DNA from: an uncultured Planctomycetaceae bacterium
Lineage (GTDB): Bacteria > Planctomycetota > Planctomycetia > Pirellulales > PALSA-1355
Length of the DNA stretch: 64,000 bases
Direction: 5' to 3'
NCBI GenBank assembly: GCA_963785305.1
Contig: CAWAUV010000009.1
Span: 160,001 to 224,000 of the forward strand
Every line of letters starts with the position of its first letter. Positions within the stretch are counted from its first letter, which is position 1. Under the pieces are notes generated by a model, which did no database searches, was not told where the DNA came from, and saw only the letters and a list, made by a program, of their open reading frames with translations. Positions 40,846-52,534 of the stretch are shown one piece after another. Position numbers and translations under genes: made by a program.

Positions 40846-42947
40846 TCATCGCTTCTTCGCCTCGGCGTCGTGATCTCGTTGTGACGCGAGCGCCGCTTCG
40901 CCGGCTGCCAAGGTGGCGAGGATCTTCTCCACATCATATACACAACCCGCCCACACGCCGCCGCTCGCCCTTTGCAGCGCCGCCCACAAGCGGCTCGCGG
41001 GCGGCATGCGTTCGTCGGGCCGAATTGCGTCGTGCATCGGGCGCTCGGCCAGCAATCGCGCGGCGCCGGCGGAGTCGAGCGGTCGGGCGCGCTGACCCGG
41101 TCCTAGGCTTTCGCCGACCAGATTCACGGAACCGACGAGCCGCCGGGTGTCGACGATGATTTCGATCTCGTCTCCTTCGCGCACCTTGCCGATCGGCCCG
41201 CCAGCGAGCGCTTCGGGCGAGACATGCCCAATGCAAGCGCCGGTGCTCACGCCCGAAAATCGCGCGTCGGTCACCACGGCCACTTCGCGCCCCCACTCCA
41301 GATAGCGCAGCGCGCTCGTGACCTGATAGGTTTCTTCCATTCCGGCGCCAAGCGGCCCGCGACCGGCGAGCACGATTACATCGCCCGGCCGGATCGGCGC
41401 CGGAGCATTGTTCGCCCCATCCGCGCCGGCCGCTGCTCGGGCGGTTGCCGGCGCGGCGTGGGCCTTGATCGCCGCGATCACATCGCGCTCGCGCGTGAAT
41501 ACCCGGGCCGGGCCGCGCTTGCGGTACACGCCATCGGCGTCGAGCGTGCGGGGATCGATCGCCGTGCTTTTGATGACCGATCCCTCGGGCGCGAGATTGC
41601 CGGTGGGAAAACAGACGGTGCTCGTGAGGCCGCGCTGCCGGCGCGCTCGGGCGGCATAATCACATCGTCGGGATCGACGCCGTCTTCGGCTCTTAGCCGC
41701 TCGCGGAGCAGTTCGCGGCGCCGCGAGCCGCGCCAGGCGGCGAGCGATTCGGCCAGCGTGTGGCCCGACACCGTGAGCACGCTCGTATCAAGCAACCCTA
41801 GTTCGGCCAAATGGAGCATGATCTCGGGCACGCCGCCGGCCAGATAGACGCGCACCGTGGGGTGACCGACCGGGCCGTTGGGCAGCGCGTCGACAAAGCG
41901 CGGCGTGGCCGCGTTGATCGCGCGCCAATCGTCGACCGAAGGCGGTCGCAAGCCGGCGGCATGGGCGATTGCCGGAATATGCAGTAGCAGGTTCGTCGAC
42001 CCGCCGCAGGCCGCATGCGCCGTCATCGCATTGCGCACCGAGGCGTCGGTGAGAATGTCCTTGAGCCGTAGGCCGCGGCGGTGGAGCGCGGCGAGGGCGA
42101 GCGCGCTCCGACGCGCAATGTCGAGCCAAATCGGTTGGCCGCTGGGCGCGAGCGCCGCATGCGGAACCGTCATGCCGAGCGCTTCGGCCACCACTTGCGA
42201 GGTGGCCGCGGTGCCGAGGAATTGGCATCCGCCGCCGGGCGACGCGCAGGCGCGGCAACCGAGCTCGGCCGCTTCTTCGAGGCTCACTTCGCCGTGCGCA
42301 TAGCGAGCGCCAAGCGATTGAATCCTGCCGGCGTCTTCGCCCGTGGCCGGAGGCAACGTGACACCGCCGGGCACAAGCACCGCGGGCCCATCGCCCGCGC
42401 CGGCGAGCGCCATCATCATCGCCGGCAGGCCCTTGTCGCAGGTGGCCACGCCAAGCACTCCGCGGCGCGTGGGCAGCGAGCGGATCAGCCGGCCGAGCAC
42501 CAGCGCGGCGTCATTGCGAAACGGCAGACTGTCGAACATGCCGGCCGTGCCTTGCGTGCGACCATCGCAGGGATCGCTGCAATAGGCCGCAAACGGCACC
42601 GCGCCGCCGGCCTTGAGCACTCGCGCCGCCTCGGCCACGAGCAGGCCGACTTCCCAGTGGCCGGTGTGATAGCCCAGCGCGATCGGCGAGCCATCGGCCG
42701 CGCGAAGTCCGCCCTGGGTGCTGAGGAGCAAGAACTGCGGGCCGGTGAGGCGCCGCGGGTCCCAGCCCATGCCGGCGTTTTGCGTGAGGCCAAACAGATC
42801 GCCGCTCGGCCACTCGCGAAGCATCTCATCGGTCAGCGGTAGGCTTCCGGCCGGGCCCGCGGCGCGGGTCACGACGCGATACGCGGCTTCGCTCGACGCT
42901 TCGAGCCAATCGGCGTCGTGGGAGGCGATTGCGGAGGAGTCGGTCAT
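40846..42947 (-). CDS. YjhG/YagF family D-xylonate dehydratase (IlvD/Edd superfamily); indel near 41635
   Basis: [54 protein letters not shown] and HVSPEA motifs. Confidence 0.9.
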
Positions 42948-43349
42948 AAAAAACAGGTCGTTTCGTGGAGGGATTTCGATGGATGGTCGCGAGGCCGGTC
43001 CGATTCTAACGGCCCAGACCGCAAAACCGAAACAACAGCGCAGGCGGCGGCGATCGCTCGCGGCTGGGGGGCCGGCTGCTTTGACGCCAGGAACGACGAA
43101 ACGTAGAGTTGCCCAGGAGCCGAAGCGGGGGCGGCCGCGGGCGCCCGGTTTTGCGATTCCTTTTCGCCGCTCCGTGTTTCGCCGGTTGCATCGGCGGCTC
43201 GGGCTGGTTACGGTATTTTGCGACTCCAGGCGGGAGTTTTGTCGTGACGGTCGATGCGTCGGCCGGTTCATCGTTTTTGAAAATCGCGAAGACGCCGCGT
43301 ACTTTTTGTCGTGGCGCATCCGGCGATGATTTCCATGTTGCTGCTTGCC

Positions 43350-44714
43350 ATGAGTTCTTCCGCCCGAAGCTCGTCGCTCTTGAAACGTCTCGCGGCGGCG
43401 CCGTTGTTTGCCGCGATGTTCGCGACGCTCGGCGGAGTGTTCGCCCTCGTGGGACCGACGAGCAATGCCATTGCCGGCGATCGGCCCTCGCCGCGCTTCG
43501 AGCGCGAACTGGCCGAGTATCGCGCGCCTCCCGGCCGATCAGCGCCTCGCGTGGCTCGAGCGGCTGCTCGGCGAGCGATCGCAGCGCGCGGTGCGCTGGG
43601 CGAAATCGGCCGACGAGCAAATGGCCATCGCCGCATTCAACGCCGAAGTGCTCGCGCGCGCTCGGGCCGGCAAATCGCTTTCCAATGCGGGGCTTGTGCG
43701 TTTGCTCGGCCGGACCGACATGCTCGAGTGCCTCCGCCATCGAACAGTTGACTCGCGACTACGAGCGAGCGCTGGCCGGCGCATGGGCCACGAACGCCCA
43801 CGCCCGCGAGATGCGAATGGAAGCCTGGCGACGGGTTGAAAAATCATGGCGCGCCGCGGGAAGCCGAAGTGACGAGCAACGGCTGCTCATTGCCTGGTTG
43901 ACCGAAGCGACCGCGCGAATCGATCGCGGCCAAACGGCGAGCTTGCCCGCGCGGCCGCGGTTTGGTGAACCGGCGCGAGCCCACCCGGGGCGATGGTCCG
44001 TCGCGATTGCTGGCTGACAAGCCGGTCGCGCCCGAGGCGAGCGTTCCCCAGCCGAAGGCAAGCAGTCCCGCGCCGAGATTTGCGAGCGCCGCGCCCGACC
44101 TGTCGCACTCGGCGCCCAGCGAGCCGATCACGGCGCCGAAGGCGGCAATCGCGCTCTCGAAGCCCACGAGCGCGGAGCCGAGCAATTCGCGCTCGCGTCC
44201 GCAAGTCGTTCGCGCGGCGACGCCACCCGTTGCCCCGCGCATCCAAGCCGCGGCGGTCGCGCTTCCGTCGCCGCCGGCGCAAGAATCCGCGCAAGCTGTC
44301 TCGGCTTCACAAGAAACGCTCGCGCTCGCCGATGTTCATGGCATCGATCCCAAGGAATTGGCCGATCGGCTTTCTGGATACCGTGCCTCGCTGGCCCGAC
44401 TCAATGGGCATGTGCAGGCGACCGCGATATCCAGCGCGAGCGAGCTGGAAACCGTGGTCGACGAACTCGAGGAGATCGTGCTTCGCCGCGGCGACTTGCT
44501 GCTCTATGTGCGGCTCATGTCGCCATCGGAAGAGAGTCCGCAACTGGCGAGCCCCGCGCGGACACTCAGCGCCGTGAGCAGTCGGATTTCGGTAGCTCGG
44601 CAGCGGGTGCAAGCGGCGCCAGGGAACGAAGCCGATCCTCGCGCGGAGTTCGACCAACTCGGCGAGCTTTCGCGGCGCGTGGCCGATCTAGCATCGCAGC
44701 TACAACGTCAATGA
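43350..44714 (+). CDS. Hypothetical secreted protein, several indels
   Basis: Signal-like N-terminus followed by helical and Pro/Ala-rich fragments in successive frames, ending in ORF 43962..44714. Confidence 0.45.
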
Positions 44715-44751
44715 CGTGCGCGATGTGAAGGGTGCTCGCCGGGCGCGAAGG

Positions 44752-44970
44752 TCATGAATGCTTCGTCGGCGACGCATTGCCGCGCGGAGCGAGGCCGATC
44801 GTGACCAACTCTTGGCCGCCGACGGTTTTGCCGGGGGCGCCGCAACCGCAGCCGCCTCCGCAAGCGCCGGTTTTGGCTTGGGTCCAAGCGCCCCAAATGG
44901 ATCGTGAAATCCGCCACCCGGCCCAGGCCACGGCGGCGAAGACGATCGTATTCTGCCCCAGCCAGGTCAT
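44752..44970 (-). CDS. FeoB-associated-type Cys-rich small membrane protein
   Basis: Q..IV transmembrane helix followed by ACGGGCGCG. Confidence 0.7.
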   Translation of the reverse strand: MTWLGQNTIVFAAVAWAGWRISRSIWGAWTQAKTGACGGGCGCGAPGKTVGGQELVTIGLAPRGNASPTKHS

Positions 44971-45125
44971 GTTGAATATCGCCCCGTCGAATATCCGTCT
45001 GTTTGATCGAGGACGATGGGAGCACTCGCGCCCACGCGCCTCGCCAGCCGCCGCGCTCGTATTCTAGGCATCCCCTGTTCGATAGGACAACGGACCACTT
45101 CGTTTACTGGCGCGGTTTCAGGGCA

Positions 45126-45659
45126 TCAGGGCGTGGCGGCAGCCGCGGCGTTTGGCGCGCCGGCCACGGAGTCGGACACATAGGGATTGATAATCATTTT
45201 CGGCCGCGGCGATTGCCCGGCGCCAACCCGCGAGGCCGAATTGGCGTTGTAGCCCGACGCCGCCGCGCTATTGCTCCAGCCACCAATGACACGGCCGCCC
45301 GTGAGCGAGTCGCTCGGCCCAGGCGCCGAAGTGGGCGCGGGGCCGGGCGCCGAAGTGGGCTGCGGAGAAACGAAGGGATTGATGATGTCGAGCGGCTCGG
45401 GCGCGACCGCCAATTCCGGAGTCATCACGCCGGGCGGATAGGCAAACGGACTGTAGCCATAAGTTCGCGGCACGGGATAGCTGTAATACACCGGCGGAAA
45501 CTTGGCATAGTAGGGAAGCTGCTCCTGGCTTTGAAAGTAGTTGTATGGCAAGCCCGTGATGTTGCCAAAACCGAAGGGGCCTTGAGCGCGTGCGTCACGC
45601 GTGGCCAACCCCAAGAGGCCCACGAGCGCCAAGGCCGCGATTGTTCGAGACATTTTCAT
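45126..45659 (-). CDS. Hypothetical secreted protein
   Basis: Signal peptide ending ARA; LPYYAKFPPVYYSYPVPRTYGYSPFAY core; two IINP(F/Y)V motifs. Confidence 0.7.
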   Translation of the reverse strand: MKMSRTIAALALVGLLGLATRDARAQGPFGFGNITGLPYNYFQSQEQLPYYAKFPPVYYSYPVPRTYGYSPFAYPPGVMTPELAVAPEPLDIINPFVSPQPTSAPGPAPTSAPGPSDSLTGGRVIGGWSNSAAASGYNANSASRVGAGQSPRPKMIINPYVSDSVAGAPNAAAAATP

Positions 45660-45772
45660 TGCGCCACCCCACGATGCTGTCATTGCCGCAGTTTCCTCGA
45701 CCGATGCTTCCACACTAAACGGCCACGAGACCGGCTGCAAGCAGCGAACTCTCCGCGACGATCGGAAAGCGA

Positions 45773-46099
45773 TCATGGTTGGCGCGTCGCCGCGGGTTGC
45801 GAGGAAGGTAGCGAATTTGCCGGCGGTTCGGCCGATGCATCGGACTTCGAAGCGACTGGCGGCTCGGCTGGCGACGCTTCGTCGGCCGGTTCGTTGACGT
45901 CAAGCCGCGGCAATGGATAGGGCTCCTTGGAGCCTGGCAAGTCCGGCAACTTGAAGATCGGAACGCCGATCTCCTCGTCGCTCGGTCGAGACTCGCACCC
46001 GCCCGAGGCCAGCAGGGCGCCGGTCACCGCGAGCGCCACGAACAGGCGGAATCCGCGCCGAGGAACGTCGCGGCGACCACACGAAGCGTAGCGATACAT
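45773..46099 (-). CDS. Small hypothetical lipoprotein
   Basis: Hydrophobic stretch with LASGGC lipobox; Pro/Ala-rich tail. Confidence 0.55.
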   Translation of the reverse strand: MYRYASCGRRDVPRRGFRLFVALAVTGALLASGGCESRPSDEEIGVPIFKLPDLPGSKEPYPLPRLDVNEPADEASPAEPPVASKSDASAEPPANSLPSSQPAATRQP

Positions 46100-46241
46100 G
46101 GGCTGATTTCTCTCCAGATCGAAAACCAACGGGCGCGGAACATGGCGCCCGCCGGCGCTGTTCTTTTTACCATTGCCCTTGCTGGACCAACAGCGCTGGG
46201 ATCTTGGCGGATGATCGCCGTGTTGTTTCGCGCATCGCCGC

Positions 46242-46721
46242 TCACTTCCGCCAGCGGTGGCTCAGGCGACCGGAACCGTAGGTGAGCGAGAGCGCCGCGC
46301 AGGCGATCGTGGCGCACCAGAGCGATGCCCCGCCCGGAGCGGTTTGCATATCGAGCGGCGCGGGCGTGAACCGAGGCGTCGAGAGATTGGCGCCCAGCGC
46401 CACGCAATACAGAATCGCCACGGTCGCCGTCACGAACATGGCTACCCGCATCGTCGCCCAGTCGGGCACAAGCAGTATCCACGCGGCGTAAGCCAGTTCG
46501 AGCATCGCCAGCAACACGCTCACGCGAGCCCAAGGCGGCGCGGTGGCCGGGTCGAGTTGCAAGATCGCCGGCGCAACTTGTAAGATCGCCAGCAGCACAA
46601 TGCCGAACGCCACCGGCGCGGCATGGCGAAGCCCAAAACGCTCGACCGGCCGAGGTCCTGGCCCGGGTCCATACGTTTGGGGCGAGATTCTTGTGGTCCG
46701 CTCGCGTTCTTCGCCCGGCAT
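46242..46721 (-). CDS. Hypothetical four-helix membrane protein
   Basis: Four hydrophobic segments; ELAYAAW..LVPDW motif. Confidence 0.6.
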   Translation of the reverse strand: MPGEERERTTRISPQTYGPGPGPRPVERFGLRHAAPVAFGIVLLAILQVAPAILQLDPATAPPWARVSVLLAMLELAYAAWILLVPDWATMRVAMFVTATVAILYCVALGANLSTPRFTPAPLDMQTAPGGASLWCATIACAALSLTYGSGRLSHRWRK

Positions 46722-47189
46722 CCGAAAGACCTCGCGCACTCGTGCACATGCATTTCGTGTTTGGGGTGGAAACTTGCAAAACCACTGCCGCAAGTGGCAA
46801 TTTCAGTGTCGACCCCGGCCCATGGCCCCGTCAAGCCTTTCGCTGAAAGGGCATATGACAAATCGCCCTTCTCCCCAATTGGGAACGGGTAGCGCGAGGG
46901 CTGGCTGCTTTGGAACTGCTTCGGACGGGGGCGCGGCGGCATGTCGGCGCCGTCATAAGCCCGAAAATCGGCGCCGCCGGCAGTCGATTCCGGATCAGGA
47001 TTCGGCCGAGGGCCAGCGATCCCAAAACCGGGCATCGCCAGGGGCCGAATTGATGGACTTTGGCGCCCATCTAGTGCTACACTTGGAGAAATCGGAAAAT
47101 TTCATTGCCGGTAGAGTATTCAGCCCACGCGAAGCTCCACGAATTGTTAAGCGCGCGCTTTCGCGGTTCGCGCGCCCAGGGGGGATTTT

Positions 47190-50118
47190 ATGTTTAGTGT
47201 CGCATCGTGCCCAAGGTGTACGGCTCAGGTCTTGCTTCCCGACGGAGCAACGCCGGCTCACCATGTTCGGTGCCCGCTCTGCCATCGCGAATATTCATTG
47301 AGCGAAGTGTTCGCCAATTTGCCGCCGGCCCTAGTGGTCGTGGGCGGTCCCGAAGCCGAACCCCTTGCTTCGGACTGGGGTCACGCTTTGCCCCCGGCCG
47401 CGGGCGGCGCGACCGAAGGCTTCGCCGCCGACCATGCGTCTGGTCTCGCCAATGGCGCGACCTCCGCGGAGCCGGAACTGGACTTTGATTTTTCCGGCGA
47501 CGAAGAGTTAATGCCGTTCGACGAGCCCGCCGCGCCGGTGGAACACGCTTCGCCCGACGCGCCGATCGCCTTGGAACATGTCGGCGAAACGACGCCGCGC
47601 GCCGCGGAGCCCGCGCCGCATGAAAACACGGCGCCGCATGAAAACATCGTCGGCGAAACTCCTGAAGAGCTATCGTTCGACGCCCCCGAGGAACTGCATT
47701 TCACGGAGTCTGAAGATCTCGAATTCGGAGACCCAGGGCCATTCGCGGAGGTCGAGGGCAGCCTGCCGCACGACCCGATGTTCGGCGCCCCCGCGGCGGA
47801 ACATGGCGAACAGCCGATCCCATTTGCCGAAACGCCCGCGGGCGGCGAGCACGAAGCGCTGCCCGGCGATGCCTTTGGCAAAGCGGCCGACGACTCCGGT
47901 TTTTCATTTCCCGACGAGCCGCTGGTCGGCTTCGAAGATCCGCTTGGCCCCGGAGCGACGGCCGATGCAATGCCGCATGGCGGCGCCGGGCGCGCCATCG
48001 GCGGAAGCGGCGCCCGGCGAGGAAATGGCCGCCGAGGATTTCGCCGGCTTCGAGCCGGTCGACGAAGCCAATCCGTTTGCCCCCGGCGAGGACGACGACG
48101 CCTTCAAACACGAAGACGAGTTTGGCCCGATCGAGGGATTCGACGAATCGGCCCCGCTGCATGAGACCACGAGCGACGCGGCCGGATTGCAGCCAAGCGA
48201 ACATTTTATTCCGGCCGGAGCCGATGATGGCGACGAACTCGAATTCGCCCCGACTATGCCGGCCGCCACGGCCGAGGCCGAAGCCAGCGAGCCCGCGCCC
48301 AAGAAGGGCAAGAAAGCCGCCAAGGGCAAGCCCTCGAAACCGGCTCGCGCCGCCAAACCGCGAAGTCGCAAATCGCTCGTGGCCACGCTGCTGTTTTTGT
48401 TGTTTGGCGGCGGACTGGCGATGACTTGCACGTATCTGGCCCTTTTGAAATTCGTGGGCGTGAAGGCCGACTTCCTGCACTTGGCCTCGGTGTTGCCAGC
48501 GGCGATCGCTCCATTTGATTACCATGCGCCTCGCGCCAAGCCGAGCGGACCCACGGCGCTGGCTCAAAACACCGCGCCAGCGCCCGGCGCTGCTCCCCTG
48601 GCCGACCCCGATCAAGCCGGCCAGCCCGCGGGAACGACGCCCGACATGTCGAAACCGGAAGCTCCGGCCGCCGACGAGATGCCCGCGGCGGAACCGCCGG
48701 CTGGCGGCGATGTGGCGGCGCCCGGCGAAGCCGTTCCCGGAGTGGCGCCGCTCGAGACGAGCGATCCGCTCGACGACCTTTTGAGTCCCAAGAAGTCGAC
48801 CAAGCCCTCGGCGGCCGGTGGTCTGGCCGATGAAATGCCGGAAGTGAAGGCGGACGAGCCGGCAGTCGATCCCGATCCGCTCGCCGTCGACGACGCCTTT
48901 GCCACGCCGACTGGTAAGAAGACGAAAAAGCCGGTCGCCGACGAAATGGCCGAGGACCCGCTGGCCGAAAAGCCGGTCGATCCCTTAGCCGACCCATTGG
49001 CCGGACCGGCCGAGAAGCCCGCCGCCGAAAAGCCGAGCGATGATCTGATGGCCGACGATCCACTCGCCGAAAAGCCCGCCGGCAAGAAGAAGCCCGCCGC
49101 CGAGCAGCCAAGCGATGACCTGATGGCCGATGATCCGCTCGCCGAAAAGCCGGCGGGCAAGAAGAAACCGGTCGACGATGAGCTCTCCGACCTGTTGGGC
49201 GAGCCCGCCACGAAGCCCGCTAAGGAGTCGGTCGGCAAAGAAGACATGGACCTGCCGCCTGCCGGCCCGACCGAGAAGCCCGAGGCCTCGGTCGACGATC
49301 TGCTCGCTCCCGAACCCAAGGCGGCATCCAGAGCGAAGGAAGCCGCTCCGCCGGAGGAAATGCCCGAGGAAAAACAGGTAAAGGCGCCGGCCGAAGAGAT
49401 GCCCGACGAGACTGTCACGAACAAGACTCCCGCGGAGGCTGATCCGCTAGCGGATATCGTGAAGCCCGCGACGGATAAGCCCTCGCCCGAAAAGCCACCC
49501 GAGCCGCCTGCCGAAGAGCCCGCCGCTCCGGCGATCGCGCCGCTCAACGCCGCCAGCTATCCGGCGTCGGTGATCGAGACCGCGCTCAAGGAGGCTCAGC
49601 AGAGTGACGAGCAGATGAGCGATCCGGAGAATATCCCGGCCGTCGATCTGAAAAAGGCGAAGGCCCGCTATCGGTTGCGGTTGTATAAGCTCGGCGAGAC
49701 GATCACGAATCCGGCCGCCGACCTCGACCCGCTGGCGCTTGCCGACGCCAAGACCGCGGCGATCGAGCTCCTCAAGGAGACAGCGAAGAACCCGCAAAAG
49801 GTGGCCTTGCTCGATTCGGCCGCCGGCAAATGGCTCAGCTTCGCGGGCCGGGAAAAGCCGTCGGGCATTGTGCTCGTGGGCGCCGTGAGCAAGGTGGCCA
49901 AACATGGCAAGCTCTTCGAGCAGCAGATGACGATTCCGGGCGAGGCCGAACCGGTGAGCGTGTTTAGCGCCACGAAGCCCACCGCGGCCGAGGGCGACCG
50001 CGTGATGCTCTTGGGCAGCGTGGTCGACGACCCGGCCGCCAACATTCCGGGCTACACCGGCAACCAAGCCGCCGCGGTCTGGAGCGGCCCAAGTCTGAAA
50101 CTGCCCGCGAGCGAGTAG
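47190..50118 (+). CDS. Large bitopic protein: N-terminal Zn-ribbon, acidic linker, transmembrane helix, Pro/Ala/Asp-rich repeats, C-terminal globular domain; indel near 47975
   Basis: SCPRC...VRCPLC; transmembrane LVATLLFLLFGGGLAM; 25-aa repeat KPAAEKPSDDLMADDPLAEKPAGKK (75-bp period near 49037/49112). Confidence 0.7.
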
Positions 50119-50229
50119 CGCCGCTGAACGGGAGAGATCGAAATCCTTTGGATAACCCGGACGAAGTGAAGGCGAAGCGGCGCTACGTTTAGCCGACGCG
50201 ATCGCGCATTTCCGGCCGGCCGCGAGACT

Positions 50230-51438
50230 TTACTCGGGCAAGTGATGGCCGAGTTTGTCTCGCTTCGTGGCGATGTAGCGGGCGTTGTGTTCGTTTACCG
50301 GCGGGCGGATCGGGATTTGGTCGACCACTTGCAGCTCGAAGCCGTCATAGATGAAGGCGTCGGTCTTTTTCGGATTGTTCGTCAGGAGCCGCACCTTCGT
50401 GAGCCCCATGTCCTTGAGCAGTTGGATGCCGACTCCGTAGTCGCGCACATCGGCTTTGAAGCCGAGCGCGAGATTGGCCTCGACCGTGTCGAGCCCCTGG
50501 TCTTGCAAGGCATAGGCTTTGATCTTTTCGACCAGCCCAATCCCGCGCCCTTCTTGCGGCAGATAGACCAGCACTCCCACTCCCTCGCGCCCGATCATGT
50601 CGAGCGCCATGCGAAGCTGATCGCCGCAATCGCAGCGGAGCGAGTTGAGCACATCGCCAGTGAAGCAGGAGGAATGCAGCCTCACCAGCGGCGCCTCGAC
50701 CGAATCGAGATCGCCCATCACCAAGGCAAAAGGCTGCTGGGCCTCGTAATGCACGCCATAGAAGATGATCTTGAACTCGCCGGCCGGGGTCGGCAACCGC
50801 GATTCGGTGATGCGATAGACCAGCTTCTCGCTCCGGCGGCGATAGCGGATCAATTCCTCGATGGAAATAATGGGCAAGTCGAACTGTTGGGCGAGCGAGA
50901 AAAGCAGCTCGCGATCGGCCCGGTCGCCGCTGGGTCCCAAGATTTCGCAGAGCACTCCGGCTGGCGCGAGCTGCGCGAGCCGGGCGAGATCGACCGCCGC
51001 CTCGGTGTGGCCGGCCCGGCGAAGCACGCCGCCCTCCTTGGCCACGAGCGGAAACAGATGCCCCGGCCGCACGAAATCGGTCGCCTTGCTGGCCGGATTG
51101 ATGATTTCGAGAATCGCATGGGCCCGCTCCTGGGCCGTGATGCCGGTGCGGGCGGAGCGATGATCGACCGGCACCGTGAACGATGTGCCCAGCGGGGTGG
51201 TGTTGGCGTCGACCATGGGCGCCAGCTTCAGCCGATCGCACACTTCCGGCAACAGCGGCATGCAAAGCTGCCCGCGGCCATGGGTGATCATGAAATTCAC
51301 GATCTCGGGAGTGACTTTCTCAGCGGCGCAAATGAAGTCGCCCTCGTTTTCGCGATCTTCCGCGTCGACCACGATCACGACCTTGCCGTGGCGAATGGCC
51401 TTGATCACCTCGTCGACCGATGAAAACACTTCGGACAT
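50230..51438 (-). CDS. ribBA: Bifunctional DHBP synthase / GTP cyclohydrolase II
   Basis: DRENEGD, RPGHLFPL, RAGHTEA, RLHSSCFTGD, RCDCG, QEGRGIGL and LLTNNP motifs. Confidence 0.96.
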   Translation of the reverse strand: MSEVFSSVDEVIKAIRHGKVVIVVDAEDRENEGDFICAAEKVTPEIVNFMITHGRGQLCMPLLPEVCDRLKLAPMVDANTTPLGTSFTVPVDHRSARTGITAQERAHAILEIINPASKATDFVRPGHLFPLVAKEGGVLRRAGHTEAAVDLARLAQLAPAGVLCEILGPSGDRADRELLFSLAQQFDLPIISIEELIRYRRRSEKLVYRITESRLPTPAGEFKIIFYGVHYEAQQPFALVMGDLDSVEAPLVRLHSSCFTGDVLNSLRCDCGDQLRMALDMIGREGVGVLVYLPQEGRGIGLVEKIKAYALQDQGLDTVEANLALGFKADVRDYGVGIQLLKDMGLTKVRLLTNNPKKTDAFIYDGFELQVVDQIPIRPPVNEHNARYIATKRDKLGHHLPE

Positions 51439-51676
51439 AAAAAACCACGCTCCAGGAAAGATCGCGCCCCCGCGCGGCCGGGAGCGAATTTCGGTAAACG
51501 CCCCAATTAGGAACTCGCGTCGCCCGCGGGGCCTTCTTATTATAGAAGACATTGTCCCGCAAGGGGCAGCGGCGCCGGGCGCCAAAATGGGCGACTTCCG
51601 CGGCCGAGCTTTTTCCCCCGCTAGCGTCTGGCCTTTGTCCAGTCGCTGGATGGACCGTGTTCCTGGAATCCGCGGC

Positions 51677-52516
51677 ATGCTCGATCGCGAAGAATATATC
51701 GAACAAGCGCACTTCTTTCATGCGCTCAAGGAGCGACTCGTGTCGACGCCGGCTCAAGAACTGCTCGAGCCGCTCAAGGAAGAACTGCTCGCGACCACAA
51801 AATTGCCGATGGCCATCGACTTCATGGCCGCCGAGCTTCGGCTCAAGGGGGCACTCGCTCCCGCGTTTGCCAAGCTCAGGCATTATTTCACGCCGTTTCA
51901 AGCGTTCGTCGTCGGCGAGGCGGAAAACGAACGCGGCAAGTTCGACCTGCGAGTCGCCCTCGAAATCCTCGAGCGCGAAGCCACCTATCGAGCCGCTGGC
52001 GCCGGGCCCCAGGGGCTGTTCCTCTACCAGTTCGAGTGTCTCTGTCGCAACCGACTCGGCTACGATCATGGCCTCGAGGCCGTGGCCGGCGATCCGATGT
52101 ACGACGCCGCCTGGAGAGAGTGGATCCTCATTGTGCGCCGACAGGTGGGGCTCGTCGACTTGGCCGACCTGATCCATGCTCGCAGTCGCTACTACTGGCA
52201 GCAGCGCGTCGCGCACGGCGAAACCAGCGAGGGACCCGCGAAACCGATTTTGTTCGGCGAGAAAGAAGGCCGAATCGCGGCCGCGAACCGGCGGAAAGAT
52301 CCGCTGTTGCTATTCGCCGCGCTGTCACGGCAACTGGGTTATCCGCAAGCCCCGCGCCCGAAGCCGGTCGATCAAACACCCGACGCTTGGCTTGGGCTCT
52401 CACGACGGCTCGAGCGAATCGAATCGCACTTGAAGCTGATCGAGGAAGACATCAAGGGCAAAGTCGACCTGACCAAGTTCTATAGTCCGAAACCACAAGC
52501 GGGCGGCGACATCTGA
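51677..52516 (+). CDS. Conserved hypothetical protein (planctomycete-type)
   Basis: MLDREEYIEQAHFF...LFGEKEGRIA.ANR.KDPL.LF.AL.RQLGYP; intact ORF divergent from ribBA. Confidence 0.75.
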   Translation: MLDREEYIEQAHFFHALKERLVSTPAQELLEPLKEELLATTKLPMAIDFMAAELRLKGALAPAFAKLRHYFTPFQAFVVGEAENERGKFDLRVALEILEREATYRAAGAGPQGLFLYQFECLCRNRLGYDHGLEAVAGDPMYDAAWREWILIVRRQVGLVDLADLIHARSRYYWQQRVAHGETSEGPAKPILFGEKEGRIAAANRRKDPLLLFAALSRQLGYPQAPRPKPVDQTPDAWLGLSRRLERIESHLKLIEEDIKGKVDLTKFYSPKPQAGGDI

Positions 52517-52534
52517 CGCGCACGATCTCGCGCG

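Noticed and set aside
51439..51545. FMN riboswitch upstream of ribBA
   Set aside because: A minus-strand TATAAT is present (51539-51544), but the ~100-nt leader lacks the conserved RFN sequence blocks.
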